Positions 47,856 through 58,800 of a stretch of 64,000 bases of DNA are shown piece after piece. The notes beneath the pieces are model-generated. The model searched no databases and had not been told where the DNA came from. It saw only the letters and a program-made list of their open reading frames with translations. The position numbers and the translations under genes are program-made. How positions within the stretch are numbered: the stretch's first letter is position 1; the number at the start of each line of letters is the position of its first letter. The DNA lies in NCBI GenBank assembly GCA_963731595.1, contig CAVSWE010000003.1:44948-108947 (forward strand). The letters are read 5' to 3'. This DNA is from an uncultured delta proteobacterium. GTDB lineage: Bacteria > Myxococcota_A > Polyangia > Polyangiales > Polyangiaceae.

Positions 47856-49591
47856 ATGGATAACGACGCCATCGCGCGCACCTTCCTCGAGCTCGCCGAC
47901 GTGCTCGAGCTGCTCGGCGAGGTGCCGTTCAAAGTGCGGGCGTTTCGCGCGGCCGCGCGCGCCATCGAGGGCATGGGCGAGCCGATCGCGACGAAGGTCG
48001 AGGCCGGCACGCTCGGAAAAGTCGCGGGCATCGGCGACGGCGTCGTCCGCCGCGTCCACGAGCTCGTGAAGACCGGCAAGCTCGCCGACCTCGAGGAGAA
48101 GAAACAGAAGCTTCCCCCGGTCTCATGGACCTGATGAACGTCCCCGGGATGGGCGTGAAGACGGCGCAGCAAGTCTGGAAAGAGCGCAGCATCACGACCA
48201 TCGACGCGCTCGAGGTCGCCGCCAAAGCCGGCAAGCTGCGCGATCTGCCGCGCTTCGGGCAGAAGCGCGAGGAGAAGCTCCTCGGCGCGATCGCCGCGTG
48301 GCGAAAGCGCGCGTCGGCGCCGAAGCGTTGGCCGATGGCCGAGGCGCTCGAGCTCGCCGAGGCGCTCGTGAGGAAGGTCCGCGGCGTCCCCGGCGTGCAG
48401 CGCTGCGAGTTCGCCGGCAGCCTGCGACGACGGCGCGAGACCGTCGGCGACCTCGACGTCCTCGTCGCCGCCGACGCGAAGGACGCGCCCGGCATCATGA
48501 ACGCGTTCGCGTCGATGCCCGAGGTCGCCGAGGTGCTCGCGCACGGCGAGACCAAGACGAGCGTCGTCCTGAAGAATGGGATTCAATCCGATCTGCGCGT
48601 CGTGCCGCGCGCGTCGTTCGGCGCCGCGATGCAATACTTCACCGGCTCGAAGGACCACAACGTCGCGATGCGCACGCTCGCGGTGAAGAAGAAGCTGAAG
48701 GTGAGCGAGTACGGCGTCTTCGACAAAGAAGACAAGTCGATCGCCGGCGAGACCGAGGAGGGCGTCTACGAGGCGATCGGTCTCCGCTGGATGCCGCCCG
48801 AAATCAGGGAAAATCGGGGCGAAATCGAGGCGGCGAAGGCGGGCACGCTGCCGGTGCTCGTCGAGCTCACGGACCTCGTCGGCGATCTCCACATGCACAC
48901 CAAGGAGAGCGACGGGCGCGCGACGATCGAGGAGATGGCGCTCGCGGCGCACTCCGCTGGCCGAAAGTACATCGCCATCACCGATCACTCGGTGTCGCTC
49001 GGCATCGCGAACGGCCTCACGGCCGAGCGGCTGCGCGACCACAAGAAGCGCATCCGCGAGGTCGACGAGAAGCTGAAGGGAACGATCCGCGTCCTCGCGG
49101 GCATCGAGACCGACATCCTCGGCGACGGCTCGCTGGATCTCGAGGACGAGCTCGCCGGGCTCGACTGGGTCGTCGGCAGCGTGCACTCGAAGCTCGGTAT
49201 GCCGCGCGAGGAAATGACCAAGCGGGTCGTCCGCGCCATCGAGTCGGGCCGCATCGACGCGCTCGGTCACCCCTTCGGGCGCATGCTCGGCCAGCGCGAG
49301 GGAAGCGATCTCGATCTCGAGGCGGTGCTGCGCGCGCTCGCGAAGACCGGCGTCGCGATCGAGCTGAACTCGTCGCCGCTGCGCCTCGACGTGCCCGAGA
49401 ACGGGCTGCGCATGGCGCGCGAGATGGGCGTGCCGGTCGTCATCGACTCCGACGCCCACTCGACGCGCGAGCTCTCGTACCTGAAATACGGCGTCGGCAT
49501 CGCGCGGCGCGGCTGGCTCGGGAAAGAGCACGTGCTCACCGCGCAGCCGCTCGAGAAGATCCGCGAGCACCGCGCCGCGCGCGCTTCCTAG
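47856..49591 (+). CDS. polX: Family X DNA polymerase with C-terminal PHP domain (PolX), apparent 1-nt frameshift near 48118
   Basis: N-terminal 8-kDa/HhH 'NDAIARTFLELADVLELLGEVPFKVRAFRAAARAIE'. 'FAGSLRRRRETVGDLDVLV' (pol-beta nucleotidyltransferase). PHP 'DLHMHT...ITDHS'. The frame switches inside 'cttcccccggtctc'; the expected sequence is KLPPGLMDL. Confidence 0.75.
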
Positions 49592-51003
49592 TTTTTCGGC
49601 GCGATCGCGAGCGACACCTCGGCCGTGCCTGGGTCGGCCTGCACCAAGAGGTGACCGGGCTCGCTCGTCGCGTCGTAGCAGCCGCCCTCGAGCGCGACGT
49701 CGTAGCCCGACGGGTACGCGCGCGCCGGGAGCGAGATCGCGGTGACGCCGCCGCTCGGCGTGTACGAGAGCGTGAACGTGCCGGTCGCCGTATCGAAGCC
49801 GGTCGCGATCGCGCTGCCCGCGACCGCGCGCGCGAACGGCCGGATCACAGCCTGCGCGACCGGCAGCTCGTGGCCGGCGCCGTCGACGATCGAGTCGGCC
49901 TCGCTGTTCCACGAGTCGACCGCGACGCTGTACTCCCACTCGGTGCCGCTCGTCCCGAGCGCGTCGAGCGCGTCGAAGGTCGCCTGCATGAGCGGCAGCG
50001 TCGAAGGAAGCTCGGCGTTCGCCCCGAACTCGCCGACGAAGACGGGGACGTTCCACGCGGCGCCGACCGCTTGCCACTTCTGCATGTCGTCGTGCATCGC
50101 GTCGGGGACGACCGTGAGCGGATAGAAGTGCGGCGCGAGGACGACGCCGTCGCCGGGCGGGCGGACCATCGCGGTCGAGAGGTTCACCGCGGCGATTCCC
50201 GGCGCGTCGACGAACACGAGCGAGCTCGGCGCGAGCGCGCGCGCGTGCGCCACGTACTTCGCGAAGAAATCGGAGAGCGTCGTCGCCTCGAAGGTCGCCT
50301 CGTCCGCGGTGCCCGCCGCGGGTTCGTTGAACGCCTCGAAGCCGAGGACCCCGGGCTTGTCCTTGTATCTTGCAATCATCACGTCCCACGCGGCGAAATA
50401 AGCGTCTTGGACGCCGCCCGCGTTCGCCCAGAACGCGTCGAACGCCGCGCGCACCGCGTCGTCGGAGAAATACTGGAGCGACCACTGCGGGCAGTCGTGG
50501 TGCGGCGCCGGCGGGTTCGTGAGCGTCCACGCCGGGAAGCCGTCGCCGCAAAAGTTCTCGGCGTAGATGTCTTGGTGGAAGTCGACGACCGTCCAGATCC
50601 CGCGCGCCCACGCCGCGTCGACGATCGCGTCGTAGCGCGCGAGCCACGCAGCGTCGTCTTGGCCCTGCGTCGGCTCGAGCGCCGCCCACGTGAACGGCAC
50701 GCGCAGCACGTCGACGCCCCACGAGGCCGCACGATCCATGTAGTTTGCAAGCGCCCCGTCGAAGTCGCTCCCGAAATCGAACGGCACGTACGGCGCGAAC
50801 TTGCTCCGCCCGCCGGCGTCGACGCCGCGCAAGAGGACGACGCGGCCGAGGCTGTCGCGGAAATTCGTGCCGTCGGCGACGAGACGGAAATCGACCTGCG
50901 GAGGCGCGATCGTGCAGACGCGCGCGGCGGGCTTGCCGTCGCAGCGCGGCAGGCTCGTCGCGCCCGCGAGCGCGACGCACACGGCGAGCACGGAGCGGCG
51001 CAT
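49588..51003 (-). CDS. Secreted glycoside hydrolase family 5 (cellulase-like)
   Basis: Signal peptide 'MRRSVLAVCVALAGA'. 'GFEAFNEP' (acid/base) and 'VFVGEFG' (nucleophile). Confidence 0.7.
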   Translation of the reverse strand: MRRSVLAVCVALAGATSLPRCDGKPAARVCTIAPPQVDFRLVADGTNFRDSLGRVVLLRGVDAGGRSKFAPYVPFDFGSDFDGALANYMDRAASWGVDVLRVPFTWAALEPTQGQDDAAWLARYDAIVDAAWARGIWTVVDFHQDIYAENFCGDGFPAWTLTNPPAPHHDCPQWSLQYFSDDAVRAAFDAFWANAGGVQDAYFAAWDVMIARYKDKPGVLGFEAFNEPAAGTADEATFEATTLSDFFAKYVAHARALAPSSLVFVDAPGIAAVNLSTAMVRPPGDGVVLAPHFYPLTVVPDAMHDDMQKWQAVGAAWNVPVFVGEFGANAELPSTLPLMQATFDALDALGTSGTEWEYSVAVDSWNSEADSIVDGAGHELPVAQAVIRPFARAVAGSAIATGFDTATGTFTLSYTPSGGVTAISLPARAYPSGYDVALEGGCYDATSEPGHLLVQADPGTAEVSLAIAPKN

Positions 51004-51046
51004 CGCCGCATCATACAGCTCGGCCCTTCGTGTAGCATGCGCGCGA

Positions 51047-51800
51047 TGAGCTACGCGCCGCGGGAGCCGTCGTTTCGTCCAAGCCGCACGCCGCTGCTCG
51101 TCGCGCTCGGCGTCGTCGCGGCGCTCGTCCTCGGGAGCGGGCTCTGGGTGCTCAAATCCTGGGCGTCGGTGCGCGCCGACCTCGAGGCCGACGGCTACGC
51201 GAGCCCGAAGGTCACGTTCAAGGGGCCGTTCAGCTACGCGTTCAGAGCGACCAAGGGGACGTCGAGCTGCTCGGGAACGATCACGCGGTATCCCGGCGGG
51301 GGCTCGACCGAAGAGACCTGCTTCGACACGACGCCCGCGCCGCCCGCCGCGCCCCCGACCAGCAACCGCGTCGAGCTCGAAAATCGCTCGGCCGCACCTA
51401 CGCCAAGATCGGCTTCACGAAATTCACGTGCCCCGAGGTCGCGAACGCCGACGTGAAGACGACGTGCACCCTCGGCGCGGAGAACGGCGCGAGCGTGACC
51501 GCGACGGTCGAGCGCACGAAGGCGGACACCGACGGCTCGTGGGCGCAGTGGACGACCGCGCTCGACGCGACCGCCGGAAACGCCGAGGAGATCGCCGCCG
51601 AGCTGACGAAGTCGCTCGGCGATCGCTCGAAGCGCTCGCACCCCGCCGGCGTGGACGTCGACTGCGGCAAGGGGCCGATCGTCTTCACCGGAGGGAAGGC
51701 GAGCTGCACCTTCACGACGCGCGACAAGAAGCCGACGCAGGGCAAGGTCGACCTCGCCAGCAAAGCGGACGGCGGTTACACGTGGAAGGCGACGCTCTAG
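51047..51800 (+). CDS. Membrane-anchored protein with DUF4333-like Cys-pair repeats, apparent frameshift at a C5 run (~51350)
   Basis: N-terminal TM 'LLVALGVVAALVLGSGLWVL'. Repeats 'KVTFKGPFSYAFRATKGTSSCSGTI' and 'KIGFTKFTCPEVANADVKTTCTL', 'DVDCGKGPIVFTGGKASCTF'. The frame changes after 'gcgcccccgacc'. Confidence 0.4.
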
Positions 51801-51802
51801 CC

Positions 51803-52879
51803 GTGAAGCTCCCGTTCCAACCCCCCGTCGAGCCGATGCTGGCCAAGCTCACCAGCGGGATCCCCGAAGGCGCGAATTTCATCTTCGAGCCCAAGTGGGA
51901 CGGCTTCCGCGCGCTCGTCTTCCGCGACGGCGACGACGTGCAGATCCAGAGCCGCGATCTGAAGCCGCTCCAGCGCTATTTCCCCGAGCTCGCGGCGCCG
52001 CTTCGCAAGGAGCTGCCGGAGCGGTGCGTGCTCGACGGCGAGATCGTCATCGCGCACGGCGGCGTCCTCGAGTTCGAGGCGCTGCTCCAGCGCATCCACC
52101 CGGCCGAGTCGCGCATCAAGATGCTCGCGTCGCAGTGGCCGGCGTCGTACGTCGCGTTCGACATGCTGGCGCTCGGCGACGAGGATCTGCGGTCGCGCCC
52201 GCAGCGCGAGCGCCGCGCGAAGCTCGAAGCCGTGCTCGGCAAGGCCACGCCGCCCATCTACATGACGCCCGCGACGCGCGACCGCGAGCTCGCGACGGAT
52301 TGGTTCAATCGCTTCGAAGGCGCGGGTCTCGACGGCGTCGTCGCCAAAGACGAAAATCTCGTCTACTCGCCCGGCAAGCGCACGATGATCAAGATCAAGC
52401 ACGAGCGCACCTGCGACTGCGCCGTCGCCGGCTTCCGCTGGTACAAGGGGGCGAAGGAAGAAGCGATCGGCTCGCTCCTGCTCGGTCTCTACGACGACCA
52501 GGGCAAGCTGCAGCACGTCGGCATCTGCTCGTCCTTCAAGACGGAGCGCCGCAAGGAGCTCCTCGCGGAGCTCGCGCCGCTACGAAAAGACGCGCTCGTC
52601 GGGCACCCGTGGGCTGACTGGAAAGAGCACGACGACGCCCAGGCGGCGCAGCGCAGGCCCGGGATGAAGAGCCGCTGGAACGCGAACAAGGATCTCTCGT
52701 GGGAGCCGCTCCGCGTCGAGCGCGTCGCCGAGGTCTCGTTCGATCACATGCAGGGCAGGCGTTTTCGGCACTCGACTCACATGAAGCGGTGGCGCCCCGA
52801 CAAGGAGCCGAAAGATTGCACCTACGGGCAGCTCGAGGTGACGCCGGCGTACGAGGTGGCGAAGATTTTCGGGGGGTGA
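51803..52879 (+). CDS. ATP-dependent DNA ligase (LigD ligase-domain-like, standalone)
   Basis: Motif I 'EPKWDGFRA'. 'VLDGEIVI', 'DGVVAKD', '...MIKIKHERT'. About 358 aa. Confidence 0.75.
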   Translation: MKLPFQPPVEPMLAKLTSGIPEGANFIFEPKWDGFRALVFRDGDDVQIQSRDLKPLQRYFPELAAPLRKELPERCVLDGEIVIAHGGVLEFEALLQRIHPAESRIKMLASQWPASYVAFDMLALGDEDLRSRPQRERRAKLEAVLGKATPPIYMTPATRDRELATDWFNRFEGAGLDGVVAKDENLVYSPGKRTMIKIKHERTCDCAVAGFRWYKGAKEEAIGSLLLGLYDDQGKLQHVGICSSFKTERRKELLAELAPLRKDALVGHPWADWKEHDDAQAAQRRPGMKSRWNANKDLSWEPLRVERVAEVSFDHMQGRRFRHSTHMKRWRPDKEPKDCTYGQLEVTPAYEVAKIFGG

Positions 52880-52881
52880 CC

Positions 52882-53361
52882 TCAGTACGGCGTCCCGTCC
52901 TTGTGCACGAAGCGCCACTTCCCTTCGACGAGCTCGGCGCGGAGATCGTCGTCGGGGTACGTGCCCTCGTCGCCGGGCGTGCGATCGCCCACCTCGAGGT
53001 AGACGACGTCTTCGTTCGTTTCGTTGATGAGCCGGTGACCGTTGCCGGTGCCGGCGCGGAAGCCGGCGCACATGCCGGGCGCGAGCGGCGTCCTCCCTTC
53101 GTCGGTGTGGAGCGTCGGGCGGCCCTCGAGGACGTAGACGAGCTCGTCTTGTTTGGAGTGGGCGTGTCGGAGCGCGGAGGACGCGCCCGGGCGAAGACGC
53201 GTGAGATTCACGCCGAAGCTCCGGAGGCCGAAGAGATCGCCGAGCGGCCGCTTTTCACGGCCATTCATGCGCGAGGCGAAGGGCTCTGGGTAGCTCGTCG
53301 GTTTGGTGCGCGGCGGGGCTTCGGCGGCGACGACGGCGACGGGCGGCTTCTTTTCGCTCAT
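52882..53361 (-). CDS. Cupin-domain protein
   Basis: 'HAHSKQDELVYVLEGRPTLHTDEGRTPLAPGMCAGFRAGTGNGHRLINE'. Confidence 0.6.
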   Translation of the reverse strand: MSEKKPPVAVVAAEAPPRTKPTSYPEPFASRMNGREKRPLGDLFGLRSFGVNLTRLRPGASSALRHAHSKQDELVYVLEGRPTLHTDEGRTPLAPGMCAGFRAGTGNGHRLINETNEDVVYLEVGDRTPGDEGTYPDDDLRAELVEGKWRFVHKDGTPY

Positions 53362-53401
53362 GCCGGAGACGGTAGGGCGCGCTCCGCGTTTGTCGACGGG
53401 G

Positions 53402-54701
53402 CTACTCGCGCGTGGCGGACCACTCGACGCGCATGTCGTAATCGGGATCGGGCTTCTCTTGCGGCGGGCGCTCGGCCTCGGGCACGTTGCGGAGGTTCAC
53501 GCGGATGCGCGTCCAGGTGCGGTGGCGACCGCGCATCGCGTCGACGAGGACGTCCTCGGCCGCGAGGCGCGCGGCGACCGCAGGGTACTTTTCCTTCCAC
53601 CGCGCGAGGCCCGCGAGCGCGTCTTCTTTCTCGGCCGCCTGCGCGATGACGAGGAGCGGGTGCTTCGCGCGGCGCGCAGCGGTCTTGGTTCGCGCCTTGG
53701 ACGGCTGCACGCGCGGCGGCTCGCCCGCTTGCTTCGCGTAGTGAGGCGGCCACGGCGCGTCGCCTTGTCCGTCGGCTTCTTGGCGCTCGCTGAGCTCGAG
53801 GATCGCCTCGAGCGAGCACGGCGAGTCGTCGATTCCGCGGTGCGCGTCGCCGCGCTCGGCGAAGATCTTCGGCACGGTCGCGAGCGTGAAATCCGCCGGA
53901 TCGCACGCGGCCGAAATCGCTCCACGGGAGCGGCATCGACACGCGCGCGTCCTTCGTCGGTCGCACCGAGTAGGCGCTCGCGACCGTGCGGTCCTTCGCG
54001 TTCTGGTTGTAGTCGAGGAAGACGCCGTGGCGCTCCTCCTTCCACCACTTGCTCGTCGCGATCGACGGCGCGCGACGCTCGACCTCGCGCGCGATCGCGA
54101 GCGCCGCGCGGCGCACGGCGTCGAAGCCCCATTTCGGCTGGATGCGCACGTACACGTGGATGCCGCGCGAGCCGCTGGTCTTCGGCCACCCGGCGCACTT
54201 CATGTCGTCGAGCACCGCGCGCACGACGCCGGCGGTCTCGACAATCTGCTTCCACCCGACGCCCGGCACCGGATCGAGATCGATGCGCAGCTCGTCCGGG
54301 TGATCGAGATCGGTGGCGCGCGTCGGGTGCGGGTTCAAGTCGATGCACCCGAGGTTCACGATCCACGCGAGCTGCGCGGCGTCGGTGACGACGATCTCGT
54401 CGGCGGTGCGCCCCGAGGGAAACGAGAGCGTGACCGTCTGGATCCAGTCGGGGTGCTTCTCCGGCGCGCGCTTCTGGAAGAACGCCGGCCGAGCCGCGCC
54501 GTGGACGAAACGCTTCAGCGCCATCGGCCGGTTCGCGACGCCGCGCACGGCCCCGTCGGCGACGGCGAGGTAATAACGGACGAGATCGCCCTTCGTCTGC
54601 CCGGTCTCGGGAAAGAAGACCTTGCGCGGATTGGTCACCACGACCTCGCGACCGGCGACGCGGAGGACCTCTCGCTCTGCGTCGGATTTCTTCGAGGCCA
54701 T
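53402..54701 (-). CDS. LigD polymerase/primase domain protein (NHEJ PolDom, standalone), apparent frameshift near 53900
   Basis: 'EVVVTNPRKVFFPETGQTKGDLVRYYLAVADG...WIQTVTLSF...GSRGIHVYVRI'. C-terminus 'DPADFTLATVPKIFAERGDAHRGID' is in another frame. Confidence 0.65.
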
Positions 54702-54769
54702 CTCGGCGCGCGATGGTACAGCGTTTCCGCCACGTCGCCCGCGGTACGTCGCGTGCACGCGATCGGCGC

Positions 54770-55813
54770 ATGATCACGCGTCGAAGTTTTCTCGCAGGAA
54801 GCGCCGCGCTCGCGGCGTGCAACCCCGGCGCCGACAGCCCCAAGCCGAACGCGCAAGGCGGCGACGCGCCGCCGCGGCTCACGGCCGCGCAGGCGCGCTC
54901 GAGCATGCCGACGGACGCGCTCGGAAAGACCGGTGCGCGCATCTCGCGCATCGGCCTCGGCGGCTTTCACGTCAGCATACCGAGCGAGCCCGAGGCGATT
55001 CGCATCGTGCGCTCGGCCGTGGATCACGGCATCACGTTCATGGACAACAGCTGGGACTACGCCGGCGGCGAGAGCGAGCGGCGCATGGGCAAGGCGCTCG
55101 AGGGCGGCTACCGCGAGCGGGTCTTTCTCATGACCAAGGCCGACGGACGCGACAAGAAGGCCGCCGCAGCCCAGCTCGACGAGTCGCTCCGCCGCCTGCG
55201 CACGGATCACGTCGACCTCTTGCTGATCCACGAGGTCATCCGCACGAGCGACCCGCACGCGGTCTTCGCGCCCGACGGCGCCATCCACGCGCTCGTCGAG
55301 GCGCGCGCCGCCGGCAAGATCCGGTTCATCGGATTCAGCGGCCACAAGGACCCGACCATTCACCTCGAGATGCTGCGCGTCGCCGAAGAGCACGGCTTCT
55401 CGTTCGACGTGATCATGTTCCCGCTGAACGTGATGGACGCGCAGTTTCGCAGCTTCCAGCACCGCGTCTTGCCGGTCGCTCGGCAGAAGAACCTCGGCAT
55501 CTGCACGATGAAGCCGATGGGCGGCGGCGACGTCCTGAAGAGCGGCGTCGTGAGCGCCGTCGAATGCTTGCAGTATGCACTGAGTCAGCCGACCGACGTC
55601 GTCATCACCGGATGCGACTCGATGGACGTCCTCGACCAGGCGCTCCGCACGGCGGTGAATTTCGAGCCGCTCTCGAAGGAGCAGACCGCCGAGCTGCTCG
55701 CGCGTACGCGCGCGGCGGCCGAGACCGGCGAGTTCGAGCCGTTCAAGACCAGCAAGAAATACGACAGCACGGCGTGGCACCCGGAGTGGCTCAGCTCCGC
55801 GCGCGCCCCATGA
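54770..55813 (+). CDS. Tat-exported aldo/keto reductase
   Basis: 'MITRRSFLAGSAALAA' twin-arginine signal. 'GITFMDNSWDYAGGESE...DLLLIHEV...IRFIGFSGH' AKR motifs. Confidence 0.75.
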   Translation: MITRRSFLAGSAALAACNPGADSPKPNAQGGDAPPRLTAAQARSSMPTDALGKTGARISRIGLGGFHVSIPSEPEAIRIVRSAVDHGITFMDNSWDYAGGESERRMGKALEGGYRERVFLMTKADGRDKKAAAAQLDESLRRLRTDHVDLLLIHEVIRTSDPHAVFAPDGAIHALVEARAAGKIRFIGFSGHKDPTIHLEMLRVAEEHGFSFDVIMFPLNVMDAQFRSFQHRVLPVARQKNLGICTMKPMGGGDVLKSGVVSAVECLQYALSQPTDVVITGCDSMDVLDQALRTAVNFEPLSKEQTAELLARTRAAAETGEFEPFKTSKKYDSTAWHPEWLSSARAP

Positions 55814-58800
55814 CGACGCGCACCTCGCGCCGACCGGGCGCGCCCGTGAGCGGGACGCTCTCGATCGGACGACCTTCGAGCTCGATGCTGCGCACTCCGC
55901 GCGCGACGCGCTCGGGGTTCTCCACGACGACGTGCACGACGCCCTCGCCGTCGCGGTAGTCGATCTCGAAGCGCTCCCACGCGCGCGGCACGCACGGCTC
56001 GATCCGGAGGCGCGGGCCCTCGCGGCGGAGGCCGAGGACGCGCTCGATCGCGATGCGCAGCGTCCAGCCGGCCGCGGCCGTGTACCAGGTCCAGCCGCCG
56101 CGCCCCGGGGGCGCGCGCGGGGCGTCGCCGGCGACGAGATACGGCTCGACGGCGTAGCGCAGCATCTTCTCGCGCGAGTCGGAGCGTCGGATCGGGTCGA
56201 GCATCGCGAAGAGCTCGCTCGCGTCGTCGCCGTCGCCGAGCACCGCGAGGCGCTGCGCCGGCGAGACGGGCGACGCGTCTTCATGGGCGAGCATCGCGAG
56301 CTCCGCCTCGTGCTTCGCGACGCGCGTCGCGTCGCGCCGCGCCCGCGCGATCGCAGTGAAATCGCGGAGCGCCTCCTCGAGCAACCACGGCTTGTCGCCG
56401 CCTCCGACGGCCGAAGTCCCGCCCGCGCGCGCGACCGCAAAATCGAGCGCGCGTGCGCAGTGCGTGTAGACGCTCGCGCGCTCGCGCGTGACCGCCGGCG
56501 CTCCGAAGCGCTCCTCCTCGTCGCCGGCGAGTGGCGGCTCTTTCAAGAACGTCACGCGCTCGTCGAGGATTGTCTCGTCGCCGGTGAACCGCACGTACTC
56601 GGCGACCGCGTACGGTAGCCAGACCATGTCGTCGGCGCTCCGCGTGCGAGCTCCCTCGCCCGTGCCGGGATGCCACCAGCTCTGCACGTCGCCCTCGACG
56701 AACTGGCGCCCCGCCGCGCGGACGAGGTGCTCGCGCGCGAGGTCGGGGCGGGCGTGCAAGAGCGCGAGCACGTCCTGGATCCGCTCGCCGAAGCCGTACG
56801 CGCCGCTCGACTCGTGGAACGCGCTCCGGCCCCAGAGCCGGCAGCTCGCGACTTGGTAGACGAGCCAGTGATTCACGAGCGCGTCGAACGCCGGGTCCGG
56901 CGTCTTCACCACGACGGCGCTCTGCATGCGACGCCACGCGCGCTTGGTCTCGGCGAGGTCGCGCTCGAGGACCGCGGGGTTGCGGTAGTGTCGCGCGATC
57001 GTGCGCGCGGCGCCGGCGCTCGGGCCCTCGCCGAGAACGAACGAGAGCGTCGACGTCTCGCCGGGGCCGATTTCGACGGGGACCTGCAGCGCGCCGCACG
57101 GGTCGAGGCCGGTGCCCACGCGACCGGACATCGCGACGCGATCGAGCGCGACCGGATGCGCGCGCGTGCCCGCCGTACCGAAGACCTCGTCGCGGTCGCC
57201 GCTGAAGCTCTTGACCGGGCGCGTCGCCACGAGGAAGGCGCATCGCGCCGGGTGGAGCGAGAGCGGGTTCTCGGCGAAGAGCGCGGGCACCGCGTCGTCC
57301 CAATCGGTCATCACCGACGCGCGGCTCCGCTCCCGCGTCTCGCCGAGCACCCACTCGACGATCCCGTAGACCGAGAGCCTTCGCGTACGCGCGCCGGCGT
57401 TTCGGATACGGAGCGTCCAGATCTTCGCGCGCTCGCGCGGGCTGACGAACGTCGAGAGCGTGCACGCGAGCTCGCCGCGCTGGTGCTCGAACGACGACCA
57501 ACCCTGACCGTGCCGCACGACGAAGGTCGCGTCGCCTCCGGCCGGGAGCGGCGTCGGCGACCAGACGGAGCCGTCCTCGTCGTCGCGCACGAAGAACGCC
57601 TCGCCCGACGGATCGGAGATCGGATCGTTGCTCCACGGCGTCAGGCGGTGGCGCTGGCTGTTCTCGCACCAGGTGAAGCTCGCGCCGCTCTCGGTGACGA
57701 GCGAGCCGGCGTGCGGCCACGCCATCACGTTGGACCACGGCGTCGGCGCGAGCGCGTCGCGCGACACGATCGCGACGTACTCGCGCCCGTCGCTCGTGAA
57801 CCCGCCGAGCCCGTTGTCGAAGGCGAGCGCCGGCCGCGGCGCGCTCGCGACCGGCTCGGTCTCGCGCTCGCGCGCGGACGAGAACGCGCGCGGTCGTTCG
57901 GGCGCGTGCTGCACGAGGCGCCGGAGCTGCCGCGCGAGCGTGCCGCCCGAGGCGTGCAGGACCACGCGCGCGTCGGCCAAGAGGAGCTCGCGCTCCTCCT
58001 CGGTCATCTCGTGCGCGCGCCGGATGAAGACGCCCCCGCGTCGATCGAGCCGCGACGAGCTCGGGCTCGCGCGCACGAGTGAGAGCAGCTTCTGATGCTG
58101 CGGCTGCACGTATCCCGGCGCCTCTTCGTCGAGCGCGACGAGGTCGATCGCGAAGCCGTTCACGCGGAGAAACTCGTGCGCGCGGAGCAGCTCGGCGAAG
58201 AGCTCGTCGAGCTCGGGCACGTCGATTCGCACGACCACGGTCGGCACGTCGCTCCCGAGCCCGTGCGTCCAGAGCCCGCCGCGCCCGCGTCCACGAAGCA
58301 CGTGACGCGCGATCGGCGAGCGCAACGCGGGCTGCGGAAAGACGATCGCGGAGAGGAGCCGCTGGAACCTGTGCGACTGCGCGGCGCTGACGCCGAGGTG
58401 CTTGAGCGTCGCGCGCGCGTCGGCCCACGCGAGCTCGAACGCCCTGGGGAGAAGATGCGGCGTCGCGGAGATCGCGGCGAGCTCGACGGCGCGCGCGCGC
58501 GAGGTTGCGAGCGCGGTCGTCACCGTGACGCGCGCGTGCCCGCCGGGCCCGAGGCGGACGACCTTTCGGAGCGCGAGGATCGGATCGAGCGCCGCGCCCG
58601 TCGTCCCGGCGAGCGGACGATCGAGCGCGATCGGGTCTCGGGTGGTTCGCCCGCGACCGAGGAAGCTCGCTCGCGACGTGTCGTGCTCGGCGCCCGGCGT
58701 CCACGCGTCGCCCTCGGCGAAGAGGACCTGCGCGAGCCACACGTCTTCGCCGGTCGGGCTGCGCGCTCGTCCGTGCGCGAGGAGCGCGTCGTGGCCGGCG

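Noticed and set aside
48298-51456. 1052-aa plus-strand ORF
   Set aside because: It is a wrong frame spanning polX and antisense to GH5. Its composition is Arg/Gly/Asp low complexity.
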